DNA of 64,000 nt from Candidatus Magasanikbacteria bacterium RIFOXYD2_FULL_41_14 (GTDB taxonomy: Bacteria > Patescibacteriota > Patescibacteriia > Magasanikbacterales > GWA2-37-8), in assembly GCA_001784475.1 (NCBI GenBank), contig MFRE01000022.1, forward strand, positions 44,234-108,233, read 5' to 3'. The first letter of the stretch is position 1. Each line of letters starts with the position of its first letter. The translations under genes were made by a program, and so were the position numbers. A model generated the notes under the pieces. It was given only the letters and a program-made list of their open reading frames with translations. It was not told where the DNA came from and did not search any database. This document shows positions 1 to 9,137 of the stretch, piece after piece.

Positions 1-2431
1 CTTCTTTAAACCGCATCAGTCGGGTGCCTTGGGTGGCGCGACCAGAAGTGGCGATTGATTTGAACGGCAAACGGATTACTTGGCCGTGCGTGGAAATTAA
101 CATTAAATCTTTGGTGTCAGCATCAACCCGGTCAATAACGCGTCCGTGAATAAGCCAACCGGTTTTTTTGGTGATTTCCGTGGTTTTGATACCAGAGCCA
201 CCGCGTCCTTGCAAGCGATATTCTGCGAGTGGCGTGCGTTTGCCAACGCCATTTTCTCCGACAGTTAAAAATTCTAATGATTTGTTTTTGGGATCAACAA
301 TATCCATGCCAATTACTTCGTCATCGCTTTTTAGACGCATCCCGCGGACACCGGCGGCATTACGGCCCATTTCGCGTACATCTTTTTCGCGGAAACGAAT
401 CGCTAAGCCTGCTTTAGTCGCGATCATAATTTCGTCGTCGCCAGTGGAAGGGCGCACCCATTCTAAATTATCATCGGTTCTTAATTTAAGTGCGATTAAA
501 CCATTACGGCGGACATTGGCAAAATCTTCTATCGCAGATTTTTTGATGAGGCCCTTGCGCGTTACCATTACCAAGGATTGGGCGGTGCTTACATCCGACA
601 TGGCGAGCAAAGTGGTAACTTTTTCATTAGGGGATAGTTGCAAGAAATTGACCACTGCTTGGCCTTTGGCCGTGCGACTGGCTACTGGGATATCATAGGC
701 CATGAGTTGAAACACCCGCCCGCGATTGGTGAAAAACAAAATATTATCGTGGGTGTTGGTGGTAAGCAGGTGCTCCACTGTGTCTTCTTCTTTGGTGGTA
801 ACGCCAATCACTCCCTTGCCTCCGCGCGTTTGTTGGCGGAAAGTGTCGGGGTCAAGGCGTTTGATATAGCCATCAGAAGTTACCATTACAATCGCCGGTT
901 CATTGGGAATTAAATCTTCGGTGGTAAATTCCTTGACTCCATGCGCGATTATTTTAGTGCGTCTGGGTGTGGCGTAGCGCTCTTTAATTTCGCTAATTTC
1001 AGTTTTGATTATTTTTGAAATTCTGGATTCTGATGACAAAATTGATTCTAATTCTTTGATTAATTCTTTTTTCTCTTTTAATTCATCTTCTATTTTTTGG
1101 CGCTCTAAATTAGCCAACTGTTGGAGCTTCATTTCCAAAATAGCAGTTGCTTGGCGATCGGAAAATTTAAATTTGCTGATTAAGTTTTTCTTGGCTTCTT
1201 CTTTATCGCTACTGGCGCGAATTGTTTTAATAATTAAGTCAATTTTATCCAGCGCCATTTTTAGACCTTCTAAAATATGAGCGCGATCGCGGGCTTTTTC
1301 TAAATCAAACTCGGTACGACGACGAATAACCACGCGGCGGTGTTTGATAAATTCTTCTAAAATGTTTTTTAAATTCAAAACGCGTGGCTGAATACCATCC
1401 ACTAGCGCCAAGAGATTGACGTGGAAAGAGGTTTGTAAATCAGTGGTTTTGTATAAATGGTTTAATACTTTTTGCGGGTAGGCATCTTTTTTTAAATCAA
1501 TTACCACGCGTACGCCGTCTTTGTTGCTTTCATCGCGCAGATCGCGGATGCCTTCAATTTTCTTTTCTTGTACCAAATTGGCGATTTTTTCAATCATCTC
1601 TGCTTTGTTGACTTGATAGGGGACTTCCGTAACAATGATTTGGAATTGACCAGCTTTTGGTTCTTGAATTTCGGTTTGTGCGCGCATCACGATACCGGCT
1701 TTGCCAGTAGCATAAGCGGCTAAAATATCTTTTTTGTTATAAATAATGCCACCAGTGGGGAAGTCCGGGCCTTTAATAATTTCCGCTAATTCCTCAATAG
1801 TGGTTTTCGGTTCATCAATTAATCGGACAACACCATCGCAGAGTTCTCCTAAATTATGAGGGGGGATTGACGTGGCCATGCCGACCGCGATGCCCATAGT
1901 GCCATTGAGTAGCAAGTTTGGTAATTTTGCCGGCAGGACACTTGGTTCATTGTGCGAACCATCGTAGTTTGGGGTAAAATTAACTGTGTTTCTTTCAATG
2001 TCCGTTAGCATTTCTTCGGCTATGGCTTTTAATTTCGCTTCAGTATAGCGGTAGGCCGCCGCGCTGTCGCCGTCCATTGAACCGAAATTGCCTTGGCCAT
2101 CAACTAATGGGTGGCGCATGGCAAATTCCTGGGCCATACGAACCATAGAATCATAAATAGCGGCATCACCGTGTGGGTGATATTTAGCCATAACTTCACC
2201 GACGACATGCGCGGACTTGCGGTATTTGGCGTTATGGCGCAAACCCATAGTCCACATAGCGTAAAGAATACGGCGGTGAACTGGTTTTAAGCCATCGCGG
2301 ACATCTGGTAAAGCGCGCGCGACAATTACGCTCATGGCATATTCCAAATATGAACGTTTTACTTCGTCAACAATTGGAGTTAAAGTTAGCTTGCCGATGT
2401 CGCCTTTTGGTAGCGGAATTTTTTCTTGCAT
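1..2431 (-). CDS. gyrA: DNA gyrase subunit A (3' end runs off window)
   Basis: Manual translation from ATG at 2431: [69 protein letters not shown], GyrA-box QTRGGKG, C-terminal pinwheel repeats (GRATQG). Absent from the ORF track because there is no stop in the window. Confidence 0.97.
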   Translation of the reverse strand, partial: MQEKIPLPKGDIGKLTLTPIVDEVKRSYLEYAMSVIVARALPDVRDGLKPVHRRILYAMWTMGLRHNAKYRKSAHVVGEVMAKYHPHGDAAIYDSMVRMAQEFAMRHPLVDGQGNFGSMDGDSAAAYRYTEAKLKAIAEEMLTDIERNTVNFTPNYDGSHNEPSVLPAKLPNLLLNGTMGIAVGMATSIPPHNLGELCDGVVRLIDEPKTTIEELAEIIKGPDFPTGGIIYNKKDILAAYATGKAGIVMRAQTEIQEPKAGQFQIIVTEVPYQVNKAEMIEKIANLVQEKKIEGIRDLRDESNKDGVRVVIDLKKDAYPQKVLNHLYKTTDLQTSFHVNLLALVDGIQPRVLNLKNILEEFIKHRRVVIRRRTEFDLEKARDRAHILEGLKMALDKIDLIIKTIRASSDKEEAKKNLISKFKFSDRQATAILEMKLQQLANLERQKIEDELKEKKELIKELESILSSESRISKIIKTEISEIKERYATPRRTKIIAHGVKEFTTEDLIPNEPAIVMVTSDGYIKRLDPDTFRQQTRGGKGVIGVTTKEEDTVEHLLTTNTHDNILFFTNRGRVFQLMAYDIPVASRTAKGQAVVNFLQLSPNEKVTTLLAMSDVSTAQSLVMVTRKGLIKKSAIEDFANVRRNGLIALKLRTDDNLEWVRPSTGDDEIMIATKAGLAIRFREKDVREMGRNAAGVRGMRLKSDDEVIGMDIVDPKNKSLEFLTVGENGVGKRTPLAEYRLQGRGGSGIKTTEITKKTGWLIHGRVIDRVDADTKDLMLISTHGQVIRLPFKSIATSGRATQGTRLMRFKE

Positions 2432-2446
2432 ATATCAATTTTGAAA

Positions 2447-2866
2447 TCATTGTTTAAGGGTAGTAGAAACAGTGGCAGTTGCGGTTGTTGGCGTAGAAGA
2501 CGCGCTGGTGGGTGTGTTGGCAGTAGCTGAATTTTTTAGTAATTGAATTATTATTGCTATTTTTTCTTTTACTAATTCTTTTTTGGTGTCGTGATTTTTA
2601 GTCAATTTGAAAGCTTCTTCCCAGCTTTGTTGACCTTGGGTAAAAAGTTGTTTTTCTTTAGATTGGCCAAAATTAAGAATGGAAATTTGATTGTAAATGG
2701 AATAGCCCCAGAGAGTGGCGATAATTGTCCCCACCGCTATCACTAGAAACCAAAGCCAATTAGAAATCGCTTGTTTGGGAGTAGCTAGTTGACGCAAACG
2801 TGCCAAGTCCTCGGTTTTATCTTCGGTCGCCAGCATCTTTTTTTTATTTTTTTTAACAGATGCCAT
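2447..2866 (-). CDS. Hypothetical single-pass membrane protein
   Basis: 139 aa ORF, one hydrophobic segment, T/S-rich tail, co-oriented with neighbours. Confidence 0.7.
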   Translation of the reverse strand: MASVKKNKKKMLATEDKTEDLARLRQLATPKQAISNWLWFLVIAVGTIIATLWGYSIYNQISILNFGQSKEKQLFTQGQQSWEEAFKLTKNHDTKKELVKEKIAIIIQLLKNSATANTPTSASSTPTTATATVSTTLKQ

Positions 2867-2877
2867 ATTTGGCTATG

Positions 2878-3492
2878 TCAGTAATTTTTTTCTAAAATAT
2901 ATAATTTTCTGTCGTCTTGCGGTAGGTCTTTCTTTTTTATAATAATTTTTTTATCAGTTATTTCCGGTTTAATCCCCAACTCTTTTACAAAATTCTCAAC
3001 CGGCAATACGTTTTTATCAGTGTCGCAATGATAGGCGATCGGGATGACAATTCGGGGTTCTAATTCGTTGACAGTTTCAGCGGCTTTGTCTGGGTCAAGA
3101 TAAACATTTTTACCACCGACTGGCAATAATAAAATATCAATGTTGCCGAGTTTGTCAATTAAGGAGGTGTCTATTTTAGTTTTAGTTGTTCCCAAATGGA
3201 CAATAGACAACCCTTCGGCGTTAAGTTTGAAAATTATGCCGTCAGCATGTGGGTAGGCGTAAATCATCACTCCTTTAACTTCGCACTCTCCCAAGGTGTC
3301 TAGTACGAAAGGGTTTTGCATCAAGGTTATCGTCCCGTTTGGGCCATGGGAAAATAGGGCGATATTGGCTGCCAAATTTTTGGGGAAATCGCCTTGTTCA
3401 GGACGGTAGGGGTTTATCAGGATTACCACATCTTCGTCCAAGTTTTTGGTTTGGAGTTTGACACAGGTGTTGCCGAGCCAGGAAATATGCAT
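2878..3492 (-). CDS. MBL-fold metallo-hydrolase-like protein, degenerate metal site
   Basis: MHISWLG start, HLG, IDILLLPVGG, LEPRIVIPIAY motifs; HxHxDH replaced by SHGPNG. Confidence 0.8.
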   Translation of the reverse strand: MHISWLGNTCVKLQTKNLDEDVVILINPYRPEQGDFPKNLAANIALFSHGPNGTITLMQNPFVLDTLGECEVKGVMIYAYPHADGIIFKLNAEGLSIVHLGTTKTKIDTSLIDKLGNIDILLLPVGGKNVYLDPDKAAETVNELEPRIVIPIAYHCDTDKNVLPVENFVKELGIKPEITDKKIIIKKKDLPQDDRKLYILEKNY

Positions 3493-3615
3493 ATATAAAT
3501 ATTTGACATTTTAACTGTGATAATTTTATCACATTATCGGCTTGAAGACAAGGGGGTAATTAGAATATTTAATTGAAGAAATAATGTTTATGTGATAAAA
3601 TATCGGTATAATTTT

Positions 3616-5751
3616 ATGAGCGTTAAATTTAACTTTTTTCAGAATATTAAATCAATCTTAAAATTTTTTTTTGGAGTTGCCATTTTTGCGGTAATTCTTG
3701 TTTGGTTTTATTCTGATGCCAAACCGATTTGGCAAAATCCACGCATACCACCGCAAATTCAAACCGCGCAGGCGGTTACTTGGTATAATACCAGTTGGTT
3801 ATATCGAAAAACAATTACGATTGATTACACCAAGGTTTCTACCACTTTGGCAAATTTTCCAGTAATGGTGAGTACGACTGATGCTAATTTAGTAGCTTAT
3901 GCGTCTTCTACTGGCGCTGATATTTTGTTTACTGATTCAAGTGGTACCAAATTAAATCACGAAATTGAAAGTTATACCAGCGCTACCGGTAAGTTAATCA
4001 CTTGGGTGAAGGTGACGAGCTTGTCTAATTCGGCAAATACTATTCTTTATATGTATTATGGCAATACGGGGGCAGCTGATCAGCAAAATATTACGGGGAC
4101 ATGGGATTCAAATTATGTGGGCGTATGGCACATGAAAGAAAATCCGTCCGGTTCGGCGCCCCAGATGAAAGATAGCACGACTAATGCCAATCATGGCACT
4201 ACTCAAGGTTCAATGCCTTCCGGATCCTTGGTAAACGCGCAGATTGGCGATGGTTTGGATTTTAATGGTTCCAGTTATTATGTCTCTCTTCCGGTTACAT
4301 CCTCGCTTAATATCACCGGGGCGATTACTGTTGAGACCTGGGTTTACGCGGATGCTCTTTCGTCGGCTAGAAGGTTTGTGTCTAAAAACAACACCGTAAC
4401 CAAATCTTGGGAACTTAATTTTGAATCAGCTGTTGGTGGTTTAACTACCATGAGAGTTTTTGATGGCGGAACAATAAAACGTACGCAAGAAGCGGCAGCA
4501 ATGACGGTCGGATCTTGGTTCCATTATGTTGGTGTATTTGATCCCAGCACTGCCGTGATAATTTATAAAAACGGCTCACAAAGCGGAGCTCTAACTTCCG
4601 GAATTCCGGCAGCGCAGAACGACAATCCCAATATCGCGGTATTATTTGCTCGCAGTCCCTATGCTGGCTGTTTAAATTGTTATTTAGATGGCAAAATGGA
4701 TGAAGTGCGCGTTTCCAATGTGGCCCGCTCCGCCGGTTGGATTTTAACCGAATATAACAATCAATATTCACCGTCGACCTTTTATAGTATAGAAAGTACA
4801 GCACAAACCCCACCATTTTATGATCAAATTTATTATAAATTTTTTAATAATACTGATTCTACTGATGTTGGTTTAAAACTGGCGAACCAAAATTTACCAG
4901 CTACTTTATCGTCCGCTGGCGACCCGTTCCGTTTGCGCTTGGGTTTGCATGTAACCGGCAGTCAAATAGACGCTAGTGGCCAAAGTTTTAAATTACAGTT
5001 TGCGGAAAAATCAGGGGATTGTGACGGCACTTTTTCCGGTGAAAGTTATGCTGATGTAACCGGAGCGACCGTAATTGCGTATTATGATAATGCCACCCCT
5101 AATGATGGTGATAGTTTAACTATAAACGCGGGTGACCCAAATATTGGTAATAATGTGATTGAACAGACATATGAAGAGGCCAATAATTTTACCAATTCCG
5201 TGGGCGCAATCGCAATCGGCGAGGAAGGTTTGTGGGATTTTTCTTTATACGATAATGGCGCTACCGCCAATACGTCATATTGTTTGCGGTTAATTAAATC
5301 AGATGGTAATAATATTGATAGTTATACCGAAATACCGGAAATAATCACTGCGTCTGGTGTGTCGCCGATAGTGTCGGTGTCGGTTCAAGATGGCATTATT
5401 AATTATGGGTATTTGCCCGTTGGTTCCAGTACTACCACGATTGCCGTTGCAGATTCTCAAACGGTTACTAACGATGGTAATGTGGATATAGATTTGGGTA
5501 TCAAAGGTTCAACGTCCACGCCGGGCAATTGGACGCTGGGTTCGCAGGCAGGGGCAGACCAATATGTCCATGAATATTCGGTTGACGTCGGTGACACTTG
5601 GGTGCCACTTACTGCCGATTATCAACTTTTGGTTCCGGGAGTGCCGCCAGATGCCGGCGGTGTTATTGATTTTAGAATTCAAGTGCCAAGTTCAACTTCG
5701 GATTATAGCACGCAAAATGTTGATATTACTATTTTGGCGGTTCAGTCATAG
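3616..5751 (+). CDS. Secreted DUF2341 + LamG/ConA-like protein with C-terminal pilin-like domain (putative tip adhesin)
   Basis: N-terminal hydrophobic segment; WLYRKTITID..NFPV..DILFTD..LNHEIE..YMYYGN (DUF2341-like); ITVETWV..WFHYVGV..GKMDEVRVSN (LamG); C-terminal ~125 aa resembles the next gene. Start could be GTG 3592. Confidence 0.85.
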   Translation: MSVKFNFFQNIKSILKFFFGVAIFAVILVWFYSDAKPIWQNPRIPPQIQTAQAVTWYNTSWLYRKTITIDYTKVSTTLANFPVMVSTTDANLVAYASSTGADILFTDSSGTKLNHEIESYTSATGKLITWVKVTSLSNSANTILYMYYGNTGAADQQNITGTWDSNYVGVWHMKENPSGSAPQMKDSTTNANHGTTQGSMPSGSLVNAQIGDGLDFNGSSYYVSLPVTSSLNITGAITVETWVYADALSSARRFVSKNNTVTKSWELNFESAVGGLTTMRVFDGGTIKRTQEAAAMTVGSWFHYVGVFDPSTAVIIYKNGSQSGALTSGIPAAQNDNPNIAVLFARSPYAGCLNCYLDGKMDEVRVSNVARSAGWILTEYNNQYSPSTFYSIESTAQTPPFYDQIYYKFFNNTDSTDVGLKLANQNLPATLSSAGDPFRLRLGLHVTGSQIDASGQSFKLQFAEKSGDCDGTFSGESYADVTGATVIAYYDNATPNDGDSLTINAGDPNIGNNVIEQTYEEANNFTNSVGAIAIGEEGLWDFSLYDNGATANTSYCLRLIKSDGNNIDSYTEIPEIITASGVSPIVSVSVQDGIINYGYLPVGSSTTTIAVADSQTVTNDGNVDIDLGIKGSTSTPGNWTLGSQAGADQYVHEYSVDVGDTWVPLTADYQLLVPGVPPDAGGVIDFRIQVPSSTSDYSTQNVDITILAVQS

Positions 5752-5789
5752 TGGTGCTGTGGATAAGTACGCCCGCGCGCGGGGGGGGG

Positions 5790-5818
5790 TTGGAGATAAA
5801 AAAGTTATGTGGTATAAT
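5790..5818 (+). promoter_or_regulatory. Putative sigma70 promoter (extended -10)
   Basis: TTGGAG-17-TATAAT with TG at 5810-5811; G9 run directly upstream. Confidence 0.55.
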
Positions 5819-5848
5819 ATAGTTGTTAATTATTTAAATTTATTTTTT

Positions 5849-6343
5849 ATGAAAAATAAAAAATTGGATTTAGTTATAGGCGTGTTATTTGTGGTAGCGC
5901 TTGCGTTTGGGGTGTCGGCGCAAGGGGCTGATACCGGCACGGTATCAGCGACAGTAACAGTTCAAAATGTTTCATTAACTGTTTCCGATGGCACTGTTGC
6001 TTATGGCACACAATCAGCCGGTGCTATGACGAGCACGTTACTTACCGGAGATATCCAGACAGTTACTAACAATGGTAATATAACAGAAAATTTTAACATC
6101 AAAGGCCAAGATTCCGCCAACTGGACACTGGCTTCATCTAGTAGCACCGACCAGTATACCCACCAATTTTCCACTACGACTGGTTCCTCTTGGACTTCTC
6201 TAACTACCAGCTATGCCACTTTGGACACAAGCAAAGCGGCTGCCGCCACTTCTACTTTTGATTTGCGCATTTATGTGCCTTCCGCTTCCACCAACTATAC
6301 TTCTCAGAGTGTTGATGTTACCGTACAGGCGGTAGCCAGTTAA
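5849..6343 (+). CDS. Small secreted beta-rich protein (putative major fimbrial subunit)
   Basis: ATG 5849, signal peptide ending AQG/A, T/S-rich mature domain; upstream part of the 5564 ORF overlaps the previous gene and is probably untranslated. Confidence 0.8.
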   Translation: MKNKKLDLVIGVLFVVALAFGVSAQGADTGTVSATVTVQNVSLTVSDGTVAYGTQSAGAMTSTLLTGDIQTVTNNGNITENFNIKGQDSANWTLASSSSTDQYTHQFSTTTGSSWTSLTTSYATLDTSKAAAATSTFDLRIYVPSASTNYTSQSVDVTVQAVAS

Positions 6344-6353
6344 TAACTTTTTT

Positions 6354-6950
6354 ATGCGTAAAATCATAGTAATGGTTGGATTGATAAGTTTAGCTTTGAC
6401 TATACCACTTTTTGTTTCGGCGCGGGTGGGTGTGGGTGTTGGCGCTGGTAAAATTCAAATGACTGAACAATTAAAACCGGGCAAAACTTACGAATTGCCG
6501 GTTTTGCCGATTTTAAATACCGGTGATGAATTTTCCGCGTATGAAGCTACCGTGGAATATCATGAAAATATTCCCCAAATGTGGCCGAAGCGCGAGTGGT
6601 TTAAATTTACTCCTCAAACTTTTGAATTAGAACCGGGGCAGGTAAAAAATGTAAAAGTGGAATTGAGTTTGCCGGTAAACGCCAAGCCGGGAGAATACCG
6701 TGCTTATTTAGAAGGTCATCCGGTTAAAAAAAGTCGCGCTACCGGCGGGGCGGCGGTGGGTGTGGCTGCGGCGGCTGATTTGCGTTTTACGGTGGTGCCG
6801 GCCAATATATTGGCTGCTTGGTATTATAAAATAACAACTTTTTACAGTCGCTATCATCCTTACGATACGATCGGGTTGGCTTTGCTCGCGTCCGCTTATC
6901 TATTTTATTGGGTGAAAAAGAATTTTAAGTTTCAGATCGCGAAAAAGTGA
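6354..6950 (+). CDS. Secreted Ig-fold protein with C-terminal membrane anchor (DUF916/PapD-chaperone-like)
   Basis: Signal peptide; WFKFTPQTFELEPGQVKNVKVELSLPVNAKPGEY pattern; C-terminal TM helix and basic tail. Confidence 0.65.
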   Translation: MRKIIVMVGLISLALTIPLFVSARVGVGVGAGKIQMTEQLKPGKTYELPVLPILNTGDEFSAYEATVEYHENIPQMWPKREWFKFTPQTFELEPGQVKNVKVELSLPVNAKPGEYRAYLEGHPVKKSRATGGAAVGVAAAADLRFTVVPANILAAWYYKITTFYSRYHPYDTIGLALLASAYLFYWVKKNFKFQIAKK

Positions 6951-7016
6951 CATCCAACTCGCGCCGGATGTTATCCTGAGGAGTCATAGTGACGAAGGAT
7001 TTATTATCTTCTGTAC

Positions 7017-8087
7017 ATGAAAAGATTTTTGGTTCAATTCATTTTGTTTGTTTCACCCCTACTGGTTATATCATTAGGGGCTTTTTTTTCTTATCCTCAT
7101 CTGGTTTCGGCCGTGTCCACGGCGACGGTAGTCGCAACCATTAAAATAGAAGTTTGTGGTGATGGTGTAAAAGATGATAGTGAAGAGTGCGATGGCAGTG
7201 ATTTGAACGGCCAAACCTGTACCAATTTTAGTGGGTTCACGGGTGGAACATTATCCTGCTCGGCCGGATGTTTGTTTGCTATCACTGCTTGTACCAGTGG
7301 CGGAACTTCTCCCGGTGGTGGGGGCGGAGGAGGGGGCGGTGGCGGTATTCCACCAACGGAACCGGTAATTACGAGCGCGGTGTTTGTCGGTCGCGCTTAT
7401 CCGGGCAGTTTGGTAACACTTTTAAAAGATGGCCAAATAGCCATACGCACCGTGGCCGGACCGGACGCTAATTTTCAAATGACTTTGGCCGGACTATCTG
7501 CTGGCAATTATATTTTTTCTTTGTACACGACGGATAATATTGGTCGGCAATCATCGGCTTTGACTTTTCCGGTTTTTGTTACTAGTGGCGCGACTACCCG
7601 TGTTTCTGGAATTTTTTTAGCGCCGACCATTGCGGCTGATAAAAGTGAAGTAAAACGCGGAGACACTTTGTCTATTTTTGGCCAGTCTTTACCGCAAAGC
7701 GAAATTACGGTACAAGTGAATTCCACGCAAGAATTTTTTGCTAAAGCCAGAGCCGACAAAGACGGTGTGTATTTATATAATTTAGATACGGCATTTTTGG
7801 AAATCGGCGATCATAGCGCGCGTTCCAAATCCACGGTCGCGAACGAAATTAGCGCTTATAGCGATCGGATTGCTTTTAAAGTCGGGACAAAATCAGTGAA
7901 TGAAGCGGTGGATACAACTTATAAAAAAGCGGACTTAAACCGCGATGGTAGTATTAATTTGGTGGATTTTTCCGTGGCCGCATATTGGTATAAACGGAAG
8001 TCGCCGCCGGCGAAATATGATTTAAATAACGATGGCAAAATTGATTTGGTGGATTTTAGTATCATGGCCTACTACTGGACAGGATGA
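7017..8087 (+). CDS. Secreted protein: Cys-rich repeat, poly-Gly linker, Ig-like domains, C-terminal dockerin
   Basis: CGDGVKDDSEECDG Cys-rich unit; duplicated DLNRDGSINLVDFS / DLNNDGKIDLVDFS Ca-binding dockerin repeats. Confidence 0.85.
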   Translation: MKRFLVQFILFVSPLLVISLGAFFSYPHLVSAVSTATVVATIKIEVCGDGVKDDSEECDGSDLNGQTCTNFSGFTGGTLSCSAGCLFAITACTSGGTSPGGGGGGGGGGGIPPTEPVITSAVFVGRAYPGSLVTLLKDGQIAIRTVAGPDANFQMTLAGLSAGNYIFSLYTTDNIGRQSSALTFPVFVTSGATTRVSGIFLAPTIAADKSEVKRGDTLSIFGQSLPQSEITVQVNSTQEFFAKARADKDGVYLYNLDTAFLEIGDHSARSKSTVANEISAYSDRIAFKVGTKSVNEAVDTTYKKADLNRDGSINLVDFSVAAYWYKRKSPPAKYDLNNDGKIDLVDFSIMAYYWTG

Positions 8088-8104
8088 GGGATTAAATAAT
8101 TAAC

Positions 8105-8177
8105 TGTCATTCCCGCGAAAGCGGGAATCCAGACGTTGGTCGTCGGCCATTGGATCCCCGCTTTCGCGGGGATGACA
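8105..8177. repeat. REP/RPE-like palindromic element
   Basis: TGTCATTCCCGCGAAAGCGGGAATCCA...TGGATCCCCGCTTTCGCGGGGATGACA. Confidence 0.9.
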
Positions 8178-8237
8178 AAAATATTCCCGCCAGAGCGGGT
8201 CGGCCTATGGCGGAAAAATGACAAATAAAATATCAAA

Positions 8238-9137
8238 ATGAAAAATGACAATGTAAAATTTAAAATTAATAAATTACGAAGTGCAGTATTAGTATTTGTA
8301 GTTGCGTTTTTATTTGTTGCGCCTGTGTCGGCCGCATCATTGTATTTTAATTCCCCAAAAACCGATTACAAAGTCGGTGAACAATTTACCGCCAGTGTTT
8401 TGGTGGATTCGGTTGATGAAGCGATTAACGCGTTTGAAGGAAAATTGGTTTTTTCTGATGATCAGTTGGAAGTGAAAGAAATTTTTATTGGTAATTCAGT
8501 GATAAATTTTTGGATTGACACTCCAAAAGTTGGAAATGGCGAAATTCAATTTTCTGGAATTGTTCCAGGCGGATTTCAGGGTGATAAAGGGTTGTTATTT
8601 TCAGCTGTATTTTTAGTTAATTCGATAGGCACGGGGGAAATTAATTTTTCTGATTATAAATTATTATTAAATGATGGTCGGGGGACGGCGGCGTTAACTG
8701 TGGTCGCAAATTTAAAATTAAACATTTTACCGGTTGCGCCCGGAACGGTTGCGCCTGAATATATGCCATTTCCCGATGGCACTTTACCCGAAGAATTTAC
8801 ACCAGAATTGACGCGTTCGTCGGGTGAATTTAATAATCAGTGGTTTTTAGTGTTTGCGACTCAAGACAAGGGTTCGGGGATTGATTATTATGAGGTGTGC
8901 GAGGGCAATCAAGATAATTGTGAAAAAACCGACAGCCCGTATATTTTAAAAGACCAAAATTTAGTTGGTAAAATTTTTGTGAAAGCGGTTGATAAGCGTG
9001 GCAACGGGCGAATGGTTGTTTTAGAACCGCCGGGCGGTTTGGTGTGGTATGAAAAATATCAAAATTATGTTATACTATTCTTAGTATTAGTTGCTTCTGT
9101 TTTGTTAGTCCTCAAAAAATATGCGCGGAGGGTTTAA
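8238..9137 (+). CDS. Cohesin-domain protein with C-terminal TM anchor
   Basis: Signal peptide; YKVGEQFTASVLVDS..INAFEGKLVF..GEIQFSG cohesin-like pattern; DKGSGIDYYEV Ig-like domain; TM helix. Confidence 0.8.
   Translation: MKNDNVKFKINKLRSAVLVFVVAFLFVAPVSAASLYFNSPKTDYKVGEQFTASVLVDSVDEAINAFEGKLVFSDDQLEVKEIFIGNSVINFWIDTPKVGNGEIQFSGIVPGGFQGDKGLLFSAVFLVNSIGTGEINFSDYKLLLNDGRGTAALTVVANLKLNILPVAPGTVAPEYMPFPDGTLPEEFTPELTRSSGEFNNQWFLVFATQDKGSGIDYYEVCEGNQDNCEKTDSPYILKDQNLVGKIFVKAVDKRGNGRMVVLEPPGGLVWYEKYQNYVILFLVLVASVLLVLKKYARRV

Noticed and set aside
168-1280. Plus-strand ORFs (176, 62, 91, 91 aa)
   Set aside because: Antisense shadows of gyrA; the same applies to most short ORFs overlapping long genes throughout the window.
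5564-5848. N-terminal extension of the 259-aa ORF
   Set aside because: Overlaps the previous gene and a promoter; the signal peptide begins at 5849.
7310-7347. G-rich tract as a regulatory element
   Set aside because: Encodes the poly-Gly linker with mixed codons.
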